NCBI GenBank assembly: GCA_032718475.1
Contig: JAUCBJ010003650.1
Span: 103,317 to 167,316 of the forward strand
Direction of reading: 5' to 3'
Origin: Nemertoderma westbladi
Lineage: Eukaryota > Animalia > Xenacoelomorpha
Length of the DNA stretch: 64,000 nt
The notes below the pieces were generated by a model. It worked only from the letters and a program-made list of their open reading frames with translations, was not told where the DNA came from and made no database searches. Below are positions 1 through 14,523 of the stretch, piece after piece. Each line of letters opens with the position of its first letter. Within the stretch, counting starts at the first letter, position 1. Both the position numbers and the translations under genes were made by a program.

Positions 1-3000
1 GGACTGGTACAGCAAACTCACCTACAATAGGGAGATAAAGTTAAAGTATATTGGGTAGAAGTAGATGGGAGGGACTGGTACAGCAAACTCACCTACAATA
101 GATAAAGTTTAAAGTATATTGGGTAGAAGTAGATGGGAGGGACTGGTACAGCAAACTCACCTACAATAGGGAGATAAAGTTAAAGTATATTGGGTAGAAG
201 TAGATGGGAGGGACTGGTACAGCAAACTCACCTACAATAGGGAGATAAAGTTAAAGTATATTGGGTCGGAGTAGATGGGAGGGACTGGTACAGCAAACTC
301 ACCTACAATAGATAAAGTTAAAGTATATTGGGTGGGAGTAGATGGGAGGGACTGGTACAGCAAACTCACCTACAATAGGGAGATAAAGTTAAAGTATATT
401 GGGTAGGAGTAGATGGGAGGGACTGGTACAGCAAACTCACCTACAATAGATAAAGTTTAAAGTATATTGGGTGGGAGTAGATGGGAGGGACTGGTACAGC
501 AAACTCACCTACAATAGATAAAGTTAAAGTATATTGGGTAGGAGTAGATGGGAGGGACTGGTACAGCAAACTCACCTACAATAGGGAGATAAAGTTAAAG
601 TATATTGGGTAGGAGTAGATGGGAGGGACTGGTACAGCAAACTCACCTACAATAGATAAAGTTAAAGTATATTGGGTAGGAGTACATGGGAGGGACTGGT
701 ACAGCAAACTCACCTACAATAGATAAAGTTAAATTATATTGGGTGGGAGTAGATGGGAGGGACTGGTACAGCAAACTCACCTACAATAGATAAAGTTAAA
801 TTATATTGGGTAGGAGTAGATGGGAGGGACTGGTACAGCAAACTCACCTACAATAGATAAAGTTAAAGTACATTGGGTAGGAGTAGATGGGAGGGACTGG
901 TACAGCAAACTCACCTACAATAGGGAGATAAAGTTAAAGTATATTGGGTAGGAGTAGATGGGATGGACTGGTACAGCAAACTCACCTACAATAGATAAAG
1001 TTAAATTATATTGGGTAGGAGTAGATGGGAGGGACTGGTACAGCAAACTCACCTACAATAGATAAAGTTAAAGTATATTGGGTAGGAGTAGATGGGTGGG
1101 ACTGGTACAGCAAACTCACCTACAATAGGGAGATAAAGTTAAAGTATATTGGGTAGGAGTAGATGGGAGGGACTGGTACAGCAAACTCACCTACAATAGA
1201 TAAAGTTAAAGTATATTGGGTAGGAGTAGATGGGTGGGACTGGTACAGCAAACTCACCTACAATAGGGAGATAAAGTTAAAGTATATTGGGTAGGAGTAG
1301 ATGGGAGGGACTGGTACAGCAAACTCACCTACAATAGATAAAGTTAAAGTATATTGGGTAGGAGTAGATGGGAGGGACTGGTACAGCAAACTCACCTACA
1401 ATAGATAAAGTTAAAGTATATTGGGTAGGAGTAGATGGGAGGGACTGGTACAGCAAACTCACCTACAATAGATAAATTTAAAGTATATTGGGTAGGAGTA
1501 GATGGGAGGGACTGGTACAGCAAACTCACCTACAATAGATAAAGTTAAAGTATATTGGGTAGGAGTAGATGGGTGGGACTGGTACAGCAAACTCACCTAC
1601 AATAGGGAGATAAAGTTAAAGTATATTGGGTAGGAGTAGATGGGAGGGACTGGTACAGCAAACTCACCTACAATAGATAAAGTTAAAGTATATTGGGTAG
1701 GAGTAGATGGGTGGGACTGGTACAGCAAACTCACCTACAATAGATAAAGTTAAAGTATATTGGGTAGGAGTAGATGGGAGGGACTGGTACAGCAAACTCA
1801 CCTACAATAGATAAAGTTAAAGTATATTGGGTAGGAGTACATGGGAGGGACTGGTACAGCAAACTCACCTACAATAGATAAAGTTAAATTATATTGGGTG
1901 GGAGTAGATGGGAGGGACTGGTACAGCAAACTCACCTACAATAGATAAAGTTAAATTATATTGGGTAGGAGTAGATGGGAGGGACTGGTACAGCAAACTC
2001 ACCTACAATAGATAAAGTTAAAGTACATTGGGTAGGAGTAGATGGGAGGGACTGGTACAGCAAACTCACCTACAATAGGGAGATAAATTTAAAGTATATT
2101 GGGTAGGAGTAGATGGGAGGGACTGGTACAGCAAACTCACCTACAATAGATAAAGTTAAAGTATATTGGGTAGGAGTAGATGGGTGGGACTGGTACAGCA
2201 AACTCACCTACAATAGGGAGATAAAGTTAAAGTATATTGGGTAGGAGTAGATGGGAGGGACTGGTACAGCAAACTCACCTACAATAGATAAAGTTAAAGT
2301 ATATTGGGTAGGAGTAGATGGGTGGGACTGGTACAGCAAACTCACCTACAATAGATAAAGTTAAAGTATATTGGGTAGGAGTAGATGGGAGGGACTGGTA
2401 CAGCAAACTCACCTACAATAGATAAAGTTAAAGTATATTGGGTAGGAGTACATGGGAGGGACTGGTACAGCAAACTCACCTACAATAGATAAAGTTAAAT
2501 TATATTGGGTGGGAGTAGATGGGAGGGACTGGTACAGCAAACTCACCTACAATAGATAAAGTTAAATTATATTGGGTAGGAGTAGATGGGAGGGACTGGT
2601 ACAGCAAACTCACCTACAATAGATAAAGTTAAAGTACATTGGGTAGGAGTAGATGGGAGGGACTGGTACAGCAAACTCACCTACAATAGGGAGATAAAGT
2701 TAAAGTATATTGGGTAGGAGTAGATGGGAGGGACTGGTACAGCAAACTCACCTACAATAGATAAAGTTAAATTATATTGGGTAGGAGTAGATGGGAGGGA
2801 CTGGTACAGCAAACTCACCTACAATAGATAAAGTTAAAGTATATTGGGTAGGAGTAGATGGGTGGGACTGGTACAGCAAACTCACCTACAATAGGGAGAT
2901 AAAGTTAAAGTATATTGGGTAGGAGTAGATGGGAGGGACTGGTACAGCAAACTCACCTACAATAGATAAAGTTAAAGTATATTGGGTAGGAGTAGATGGG

Positions 3001-6000
3001 TGGGACTGGTACAGCAAACTCACCTACAATAGGGAGATAAAGTTAAAGTATATTGGGTAGGAGTAGATGGGAGGGACTGGTACAGCAAACTCACCTACAA
3101 TAGATAAAGTTAAAGTATATTGGGTAGGAGTAGATGGGAGGGACTGGTACAGCAAACTCACCTACAATAGATAAAGTTAAAGTATATTGGGTAGGAGTAG
3201 ATGGGAGGGACTGGTACAGCAAACTCACCTACAATAGATAAAGTTAAAGTATATTGGGTAGGAGTAGATGGGAGGGACTGGTACAGCAAACTCACCTACA
3301 ATAGATAAAGTTAAAGTATATTGGGTAGGAGTAGATGGGTGGGACTGGTACAGCAAACTCACCTACAATAGGGAGATAAAGTTAAAGTATATTGGGTAGG
3401 AGTAGATGGGAGGGACTGGTACAGCAAACTCACCTACAATAGATAAAGTTAAAGTATATTGGGTAGGAGTAGATGGGTGGGACTGGTACAGCAAACTCAC
3501 CTACAATAGGAGATAAAGTTAAAGTATATTGGGTAGGAGTAGATGGGAGGGACTGGTACAGCAAACTCACCTACAATAGATAAAGTTAAAGTATATTGGG
3601 TAGGAGTAGATGGGAGGGACTGGTACAGCAAACTCACCTACAATAGATAAAGTTAAAGTATATTGGGTAGGAGTAGATGGGAGGGACTGGTACAGCAAAC
3701 TCACCTACAATAGATAAAGTTAAAGTATATTGGGTAGGAGTAGATGGGAGGGACTGGTACAGCAAACTCACCTACAATAGATAAAGTTAAAGTATATTGG
3801 GTAGGAGTAGATGGGAGGGACTGGTACAGCAAACTCACCTACAATAGATAAAGTTAAAGTATATTGGGTAGGAGTAGATGGGAGGGACTGGTACAGCAAA
3901 CTCACCTACAATAGATAAAGTTAAAGTATATTGGGTAGGAGTAGATGGGAGGGACTGGTACAGCAAACTCACCTACAATAGATAAAGTTAAAGTATATTG
4001 GGTAGGAGTAGATGGGAGGGACTGGTACAGCAAACTCACCTACAATAGGGAGATAAAGTTAAAGTATATTGGGTAGGAGTAGATGGGAGGGACTGGTACA
4101 GCAAACTCACCTACAATAGATAAAGTTAAAGTATATTGGGTAGGAGTAGATGGGAGGGACTGGTACAGCAAACTCACCTACAATAGATAAAGTTAAAGTA
4201 TATTGGGTAGGAGTAGATGGGAGGGACTGGTACAGCAAACTCACCTACAATAGATAAAGTTAAAGTATATTGGGTAGGAGTAGATGGGAGGGACTGGTAC
4301 AGCAAACTCACCTACAATAGATAAAGTTAAAGTATATTGGGTGGGAGTAGATGGGTGGGACTGGTACAGCAAACTCACCTACAATAGATAAAGTTAAAGT
4401 ATATTGGGTAGGAGTAGATGGGAGGGACTGGTACAGCAAACTCACCTACAATAGATAAAGTTAAAGTACATTGGGTAGGAGTAGATGGGAGGGACTGGTA
4501 CAGCAAACTCACCTACAATAGGGAGATAAAGTTAAAGTATATTGGGTAGGAGTAGATGGGAGGGACTGGTACAGCAAACTCACCTACAATAGATAAAGTT
4601 AAAGTACATTGGGTAGGAGTTGATGGGAGGGACTGGTACAGCAAACTCACCTACAATAGATAAAGTTAAAGTATATTGGGTAGGAGTAGATGGGATGGAC
4701 TGGTACAGCAAACTCACCTACAATAGATAAAGTTAAAGTACATTGGGTAGGAGTAGATGGGAGGGACTGGTACAGCAAACTCACCTACAATAGGGAGATA
4801 AAGTTAAAGTATATTGGGTAGAAGTAGATGGGAGGGACTGGTACAGCAAACTCACCTACAATAGATAAAGTTTAAAGTATATTGGGTAGAAGTAGATGGG
4901 AGGGACTGGTACAGCAAACTCACCTACAATAGGGAGATAAAGTTAAAGTATATTGGGTAGAAGTAGATGGGAGGGACTGGTACAGCAAACTCACCTACAA
5001 TAGGGAGATAAAGTTAAAGTATATTGGGTCGGAGTAGATGGGAGGGACTGGTACAGCAAACTCACCTACAATAGATAAAGTTAAAGTATATTGGGTGGGA
5101 GTAGATGGGAGGGACTGGTACAGCAAACTCACCTACAATAGGGAGATAAAGTTAAAGTATATTGGGTAGGAGTAGATGGGAGGGACTGGTACAGCAAACT
5201 CACCTACAATAGATAAAGTTTAAAGTATATTGGGTGGGAGTAGATGGGAGGGACTGGTACAGCAAACTCACCTACAATAGATAAAGTTAAAGTATATTGG
5301 GTAGGAGTAGATGGGAGGGACTGGTACAGCAAACTCACCTACAATAGGGAGATAAAGTTAAAGTATATTGGGTAGGAGTAGATGGGAGGGACTGGTACAG
5401 CAAACTCACCTACAATAGATAAAGTTAAAGTATATTGGGTAGGAGTACATGGGAGGGACTGGTACAGCAAACTCACCTACAATAGATAAAGTTAAATTAT
5501 ATTGGGTGGGAGTAGATGGGAGGGACTGGTACAGCAAACTCACCTACAATAGATAAAGTTAAATTATATTGGGTAGGAGTAGATGGGAGGGACTGGTACA
5601 GCAAACTCACCTACAATAGATAAAGTTAAAGTACATTGGGTAGGAGTAGATGGGAGGGACTGGTACAGCAAACTCACCTACAATAGGGAGATAAAGTTAA
5701 AGTATATTGGGTAGGAGTATATGGGATGGACTGGTACAGCAAACTCACCTACAATAGATAAAGTTAAAGTACATTGGGTAGGAGTAGATGGGAGGGACTG
5801 GTACAGCAAACTCACCTACAATAGGGAGATAAAGTTAAAGTATATTGGGTAGAAGTAGATGGGAGGGACTGGTACAGCAAACTCACCTACAATAGATAAA
5901 GTTTAAAGTATATTGGGTAGAAGTAGATGGGAGGGACTGGTACAGCAAACTCACCTACAATAGGGAGATAAAGTTAAAGTATATTGGGTAGAAGTAGATG

Positions 6001-9000
6001 GGAGGGACTGGTACAGCAAACTCACCTACAATAGGGAGATAAAGTTAAAGTATATTGGGTCGGAGTAGATGGGAGGGACTGGTACAGCAAACTCACCTAC
6101 AATAGATAAAGTTAAAGTATATTGGGTGGGAGTAGATGGGAGGGACTGGTACAGCAAACTCACCTACAATAGGGAGATAAAGTTAAAGTATATTGGGTAG
6201 GAGTAGATGGGAAGGACTGGTACAGCAAACTCACCTACAATAGATAAAGTTTAAAGTATATTGGGTGGGAGTAGATGGGAGGGACTGGTACAGCAAACTC
6301 ACCTACAATAGATAAAGTTAAAGTATATTGGGTAGGAGTAGATGGGAGGGACTGGTACAGCAAACTCACCTACAATAGGGAGATAAAGTTAAAGTATATT
6401 GGGTAGGAGTAGATGGGAGGGACTGGTACAGCAAACTCACCTACAATAGATAAAGTTAAAGTATATTGGGTAGGAGTACATGGGAGGGACTGGTACAGCA
6501 AACTCACCTACAATAGATAAAGTTAAATTATATTGGGTGGGAGTAGATGGGAGGGACTGGTACAGCAAACTCACCTACAATAGATAAAGTTAAATTATAT
6601 TGGGTAGGAGTAGATGGGAGGGACTGGTACAGCAAACTCACCTACAATAGATAAAGTTAAAGTATATTGGGTAGGAGTAGATGGGTGGGACTGGTACAGC
6701 AAACTCACCTACAATAGGGAGATAAAGTTAAAGTATATTGGGTAGGAGTAGATGGGAGGGACTGGTACAGCAAACTCACCTACAATAGATAAAGTTAAAG
6801 TATATTGGGTAGGAGTAGATGGGAGGGACGGTACAGCAAACTCACCTACAATAGGGAGATAAAGTTAAAGTATATTGGGTAGGAGTAGATGGGAGGGACT
6901 GGTACAGCAAACTCACCTACAATAGATAAATTTAAAGTATATTGGGTAGGAGTAGATGAGAGGGACTGGTACAGCAAACTCACCTACAATAGATAAAGTT
7001 AAAGTATATTGGGTAGGAGTAGATGGGAGGGACTGGTACAGCAAACTCACCTACAATAGATAAAGTTAAAGTATATTGGGTAGGAGTAGATGGGAGGGAC
7101 TGGTACAGCAAACTCACCTACAATAGATAAAGTTAAAGTATATTGGGTAGGAGTAGATGGGAGGGACTGGTACAGCAAACTCACCTACAATAGATAAAGT
7201 TAAAGTATATTGGGTAGGAGTAGATGGGAGGGACTGGTACAGCAAACTCACCTACAATAGATAAAGTTAAAGTATATTGGGTAGGAGTAGATGGGAGGGA
7301 CTGGTACAGCAAACTCACCTACAATAGGGAGATAAAGTTAAAGTATATTGGGTAGGAGTAGATGGGAGGGACTGGTACAGCAAACTCACCTACAATAGAT
7401 AAAGTTAAAGTATATTGGGTAGGAGTAGATGGGAGGGACTGGTACAGCAAACTCACCTACAATAGATAAAGTTAAAGTATATTGGGTAGGAGTAGATGGG
7501 AGGGACTGGTACAGCAAACTCACCTACAATAGATAAAGTTAAATTATATTGGGTAGGAGTAGATGGGAGGGACTGGTACAGCAAACTCACCTACAATAGA
7601 TAAAGTTAAAGTATATTGGGTGGGAGTAGATGGGTGGGACTGGTACAGCAAACTCACCTACAATAGATAAAGTTAAAGTATATTGGGTAGGAGTAGATGG
7701 GAGGGACTGGTACAGCAAACTCACCTACAATAGATAAAGTTAAAGTACATTGGGTAGGAGTAGATGGGAGGGACTGGTACAGCAAACTCACCTACAATAG
7801 GGAGATAAAGTTAAAGTATATTGGGTAGGAGTAGATGGGAGGGACTGGTACAGCAAACTCACCTACAATAGATAAAGTTAAAGTACATTGGGTAGGAGTA
7901 GATGGGAGGGACTGGTACAGCAAACTCACCTACAATAGGGAGATAAAGTTAAAGTATATTGGGTAGGAGTAGATGGGTGGGACTGGTACAGCAAACTCAC
8001 CTACAATAGATAAAGTTAAAGTATATTGGGTAGGAGTAGATGGGAGGGACTGGTACAGCAAACTCACCTACAATAGATAAAGTTAAAGTATATTGGGTAG
8101 GAGTAGATGGGTGGGACTGGTACAGCAAACTCACCTACAATAGATAAAGTTAAAGTATATTGGGTGGGAGTAGATGGTTGGGACTGGTACAGCAAACTCA
8201 CCTACAATAGATAAAGTTAAAGTATATTGGGTAGGAGTAGATGGGAGGGACTGGTACAGCAAACTCACCTACAATAGGGAGATAAAGTTAAAGTATATTG
8301 GGTAGGAGTAGATGGGAGGGACTGGTACAGCAAACTCACCTACAATAGATAAAGTTAAAGTATATTGGGTAGGAGTAGATGGGAGGGACTGGTACAGCAA
8401 ACTCACCTACAATAGGGAGATAAAGTTAAAGTATATTGGGTAGGAGTAGATGGGAGGGACTGGTACAGCAAACTCACCTACAATAGGGAGATAAAGTTAA
8501 AGTATATTGGGTAGGAGTAGATGGGTAGGGACTGGTACAGCAAACTCACCTACAATAGGGAGATAAAGTTAAAGTATATTGGGTAGGAGTAGATGGGAGG
8601 GACTGGTACAGCAAACTCACCTACAATAGATAAAGTTAAAGTATATTGGGTAGGAGTAGATGGGAGGGACTGGTACAGCAAACTCACCTACAATAGATAA
8701 AGTTAAAGTATATTGGGTAGGAGTAGATGGGAGGGACTGGTACAGCAAACTCACCTACAATAGATAAAGTTAAAGTATATTGGGTAGGAGTAGATGGGAG
8801 GGAATGGTACAGCAAACTCACCTACAATAGGGAGATAAAGTTAAAGTATATTGGGTAGGAGTAGATGGGAGGGACTGGTACAGCAAACTCACCTACAATA
8901 GATAAAGTTAAAGTATATTGGGTCGGAGTAGATGGGAGGGACTGGTACAGCAAACTCACCTACAATAGGGAGATAAAGTTAAAGTATATTGGGTAGGAGT

Positions 9001-12000
9001 AGATGGGAGGGACTGGTACAGCAAACTCACCTACAATAGATAAAGTTAAAGTATATTGGGTGGGAGTAGATGGGAGGGACTGGTACAGCAAACTCACCTA
9101 CAATAGATAAAGTTAAAGTATATTGGGTGGGAGTAGATGGGAGGGACTGGTACAGCAAACTCACCTACAATAGATAAAGTTAAAGTATATTGGGTAGGAG
9201 TAGATGGGAGGGACTGGTACAGCAAACTCACCTACAATAGATAAAGTTAAAGTATATTGGGTGGGAGTAGATGGGAGGGACTGGTACAGCAAACTCACCT
9301 ACAATAGATAAAGTTAAAGTATATTGGGTAGGAGTAGATGGGAGGGACTGGTACAGCAAACTCACCTACAATAGATAAAGTTAAAGTATATTGGGTAGGA
9401 GTAGATGGGTGGGACTGGTACAGCAAACTCACCTACAATAGATAAAGTTAAAGTATATTGGGTAGGAGTAGATGGGAGGGACTGGTACAGCAAACTCACC
9501 TACAATAGATAAAGTTAAAGTATATTGGGTGGGAGTAGATGGGAGGGACTGGTACAGCAAACTCACCTACAATAGATAAAGTTAAAGTATATTGGGTAGG
9601 AGTAGATGGGAGGGACTGGTACAGCAAACTCACCTACAATAGATAAAGTTAAAGTATATTGGGTAGGAGTAGATGGGAGGGACTGGTACAGCAAACTCAC
9701 CTACAATAGATAAAGTTAAAGTATATTGGGTAGGAGTAGATGGGAGGGACTGGTACAGCAAACTCACCTACAATAGATAAAGTTAAAGTATATTGGGTAG
9801 GAGTAGATGGGAGGGACTGGTACAGCAAACTCACCTACAATAGATAAAGTTAAAGTATATTGGGTAGGAGTAGATGGGAGGGACTGGTACAGCAAACTCA
9901 CCTACAATAGATAAAGTTAAAGTATATTGGGTGGGAGTAGATGGGAGGGACTGGTACAGCAAACTCACCTACAATAGATAAAGTTAAAGTATATTGGGTG
10001 GGAGTAGATGGGAGGGACTGGTACAGCAAACTCACCTACAATAGATAAAGTTAAAGTATATTGGGTAGGAGTAGATGGGAGGGACTGGTACAGCAAACTC
10101 ACCTACAATAGATAAAGTTAAAGTATATTGGGTAGGAGTAGATGGGAGGGACTGGTACAGCAAACTCACCTACAATAGATAAAGTTAAAGTATATTGGGT
10201 AGGAGTAGATGGGAGGGACTGGTACAGCAAACTCACCTACAATAGATAAAGTTAAAGTATATTGGGTGGGAGTAGATGGGAGGGACTGGTACAGCAAACT
10301 CACCTACAATAGATAAAGTTAAAGTATATTGGGTAGGAGTAGATGGGAGGGACTGGTACAGCAAACTCACCTACAATAGATAAAGTTAAAGTATATTGGG
10401 TAGGAGTAGATGGGAGGGACTGGTACAGCAAACTCACCTACAATAGATAAAGTTAAAGTATATTGGGTAGGAGTAGATGGGAGGGACTGGTACAGCAAAC
10501 TCACCTACAATAGATAAAGTTAAAGTATATTGGGTAGGAGTAGATGGGTGGGACTGGTACAGCAAACTCACCTACAATAGATAAAGTTAAAGTATATTGG
10601 GTAGGAGTAGATGGGAGGGACTGGTACAGCAAACTCACCTACAATAGATAAAGTTAAAGTATATTGGGTAGGAGTAGATGGGAGGGACTGGTACAGCAAA
10701 CTCACCTACAATAGGGAGATAAAGTTAAAGTATATTGGGTGGGAGTAGATGGGAGGGACTGGTACAGCAAACTCACCTACAATAGATAAAGTTAAAGTAT
10801 ATTGGGTGGGAGTAGATGGGAGGGACTGGTACAGCAAACTCACCTACAATAGATAAAGTTAAAGTATATTGGGTAGGAGTAGATGGGAGGGACTGGTACA
10901 GCAAACTCACCTACAATAGATAAAGTTAAAGTATATTGGGTAGGAGTAGATGGGAGGGACTGGTACAGCAAACTCACCTACAATAGATAAAGTTAAAGTA
11001 TATTGGGTAGGAGTAGATGGGAGGGACTGGTACAGCAAACTCACCTACAATAGATAAAGTTAAAGTATATTGGGTAGGAGTAGATGGGAGGGACTGGTAC
11101 AGCAAACTCACCTACAATAGATAAAGTTAAAGTATATTGGGTAGGAGTAGATGGGAGGGACTGGTACAGCAAACTCACCTACAATAGATAAAGTTAAAGT
11201 ATATTGGGTAGGAGTAGATGGGAGGGACTGGTACAGCAAACTCACCTACAATAGATAAAGTTAAAGTATATTGGGTAGGAGTAGATGGGAGGGACTGGTA
11301 CAGCAAACTCACCTACAATAGATAAAGTTAAAGTATATTGGGTGGGAGTAGGTGGGAGGGACTGGTTCAGCAAACTCACCTACAATAGATAAAGTTAAAG
11401 TATATTGGGTAGGAGTAGATGGGAGGGACTGGTACAGCAAACTCACCTACAATAGATAAAGTTAAAGTATATTGGATGGGAGTAGGTGGGAGGGACTGGT
11501 TCAGCAAACTCACCTACAATAGATAAAGTTAAAGTATATTGGGTAGGAGTAGATGGGTGGGACTGGTACAGCAAACTCACCTACAATAGGGAGATAAAGT
11601 TAAAGTATATTGGGTAGGAGTAGATGGGAGGGACTGGTACAGCAAACTCACCTACAATAGATAAAGTTAAATTATATTGGGTAGGAGTAGATGGGAGGGA
11701 CTGGTACAGCAAACTCACCTACAATAGATAAAGTTAAAGTATATTGGGTAGGAGTAGATGGGAGGGACTGGTACAGCAAACTCACCTACAATAGATAAAG
11801 TTAAAGTATATTGGGTAGGAGTAGATGGGTGGGACTGGTACAGCAAACTCACCTACAATAGGGAGATAAAGTTAAAGTATATTGGGTAGAAGTAGATGGG
11901 AGGGACTGGTACAGCAAACTCACCTACAATAGATAAAGTTAAATTATATTGGGTAGGAGTAGATGGGAGGGACTGGTACAGCAAACTCACCTACAATAGG

Positions 12001-14456
12001 GAGATAAAGTTAAAGTATATTGGGTAGAAGTAGATGGGAGGGACTGGTACAGCAAACTCACCTACAATAGATAAAGTTAAATTATATTGGGTAGGAGTAG
12101 ATGGGAGGGACTGGTACAGCAAACTCACCTACAATAGATAAAGTTAAAGTATATTGGGTAGGAGTAGATGGGAGGGACTGGTACAGCAAACTCACCTACA
12201 ATAGATAAAGTTAAAGTATATTGGGTAGGAGTAGATGGGTGGGACTGGTACAGCAAACTCACCTACAATAGGGAGATAAAGTTAAAGTATATTGGGTAGA
12301 AGTAGATGGGAGGGACTGGTACAGCAAACTCACCTACAATAGATAAAGTTAAATTATATTGGGTAGGAGTAGATGGGAGGGACTGCTACAGCAAACTCAC
12401 CTACAATAGATAAAGTTAAAGTATATTGGGTAGGAGTAGATGGGAGGGACTGGTACAGCAAACTCACTTACAATAGGGAGATAAAGTTAAAGTATATTGG
12501 GTAGGAGTAGATGGGAGGGACTGGTACAGCAAACTCACCTACAATAGATAAAGTTAAATTATATTGGGTAGGAGTAGATGGGAGGGACTGGTACAGCAAA
12601 CTCACCTACAATAGATAAAGTTAAAGTATATTGGGTAGGAGTAGATTGGAGGGACTGGTACAGCAAACTCACCTACAATAGGGAGATAAAGTTAAAGTAT
12701 ATTGGGTAGGAGTAGATGGGAGGGACTGGTACAGCAAACTCACCTACAATAGATAAAGTTAAAGTATATTGGGTGGGAGTAGATGGGAGGGACTGGTACA
12801 GCAAACTCACCTACAATAGATAAAGTTAAAGTATATTGGGTGGGAGTAGATGGGAGGGACTGGTACAGCAAACTCACCTACAATAGATAAAGTTAAAGTA
12901 TATTGGGTGGGAGTAGATGGGAGGGACTGGTACAGCAAACTCACCTACAATAGATAAAGTTAAAGTATATTGGGTAGAAGTAGATGGGAGGGACTGGTAC
13001 AGCAAACTCACCTACAATAGATAAAGTTAAAGTATATTGGGTGGGAGTAGATGGGAGGGACTGGTACAGCAAACTCACCTACAATAGATAAAGTTAAATT
13101 ATATTGGGTAGGAGTAGATGGGAGGGACTGGTACAGCAAACTCACCTACAATAGATAAAGTTAAAGTATATTGGGTAGGAGTAGATGGGAGGGACTGGTA
13201 CAGCAAACTCACCTACAATAGATAAAGTTAAAGTATATTGGGTAGAAGTAGATGGGAGGGACTGGTACAGCAAACTCACCTACAATAGATAAAGTTAAAG
13301 TATATTGGGTAGGAGTAGATGGGAGGGACTGGTACAGCAAACTCACCTACAATAGGGAGATAAAGTTAAAGTATATTGGGTAGGAGTAGATGGGAGGGAC
13401 TGGTACAGCAAACTCACCTACAATAGATAAAGTTAAAGTATATTGGGTAGGAGTAGATGGGAGGGACTGGTACAGCAAACTCACCTACAATAGATAAAGT
13501 TAAATTATATTGGGTAGGAGTAGATGGGAGGGACTGGTACAGCAAACTCACCTACAATAGATAAAGTTAAAGTATATTGGGTAGGAGTAGATGGGAGGGA
13601 CTGGTACAGCAAACTCACCTACAATAGATAAAGTTAAAGTATATTGGGTAGAAGTAGATGGGAGGGACTGGTACAGCAAACTCACCTACAATAGATAAAG
13701 TTAAATTATATTGGGTAGGAGTAGATGGGAGGGACTGGTACAGCAAACTCACCTACAATAGATAAAGTTAAAGTATATTGGGTAGGAGTAGATGGGAGGG
13801 ACTGGTACAGCAAACTCACCTACAATAGATAAAGTTAAAGTATATTGGGTAGGAGTAGATGGGAGGGACTGGTACAGCAAACTCACCTACAATAGATAAA
13901 GTTAAAGTATATTGGGTAGGAGTAGATGGGAGGGACTGGTACAGCAAACTCACCTACAATAGGGAGATAAAGTTAAAGTATATTGGGTAGAAGTAGATGG
14001 GAGGGACTGGTACAGCAAACTCACCTACAATAGATAAAGTTAAATTATATTGGGTAGGAGTAGATGGGAGGGACTGGTACAGCAAACTCACCTACAATAG
14101 GGAGATAAAGTTAAAGTATATTGGGTAGGAGTAGATGGGAGGGACTGGTACAGCAAACTCACCTACAATAGATAAAGTTAAAGTATATTGGGTAGGAGTA
14201 GATGGGAGGGACTGGTACAGCAAACTCACCTACAATAGGGAGATAAAGTTAAAGTATATTGGGTAGGAGTAGATGGGAGGGTCTGGTACAGCAAACTCAC
14301 CTACAATAGGGAGATAAAGTTAAAGTACCGGGTATATTGGGTAGGAGTAGATGGGAGGGACTGGTACAGCAAACTCACCTACAATAGATAAAGTTAAAGT
14401 ATATTGGGTAGGAGTAGATGGGAGGGACTGGTACAGCAAACTCACCTACAATAGGG
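1..14456 (-). repeat. Intronic 67/71-bp tandem array (>200 copies, continues off the left edge) made of the NF-kB 3' splice site plus the first 47 nt of the next exon
   Basis: Minus-strand unit GTGAGTTTGCTGTACCAGTCCCTCCCATCTACTCCTACCCAATATACTTTAACTTTATCTATTGTAG (67 nt; the 71-nt variant ends TCTCCCTATTGTAG). The first 47 nt translate as (G)EFAVPVPPIYSYPIY, continuing the Rel homology domain. Confidence 0.97.
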
Positions 14457-14523
14457 ATTTTTTTCGCTGTTTTATATTTTTTGAAAGTTTCGTGACAGAA
14501 AACAAGTTTTACATCCATCTCAC

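Noticed and set aside
1-14456. CRISPR-like array
   Set aside because: There are no unique spacers. It is a pure tandem repeat in a eukaryotic intron, with no cas genes.
14375-14523. C-terminal part of the 297-aa ORF as the true NF-kB end
   Set aside because: 14523-14446 is a 78-nt GT-AG segment that happens to be in frame, and the stop lies in the repeat. The RHD is incomplete at this point.
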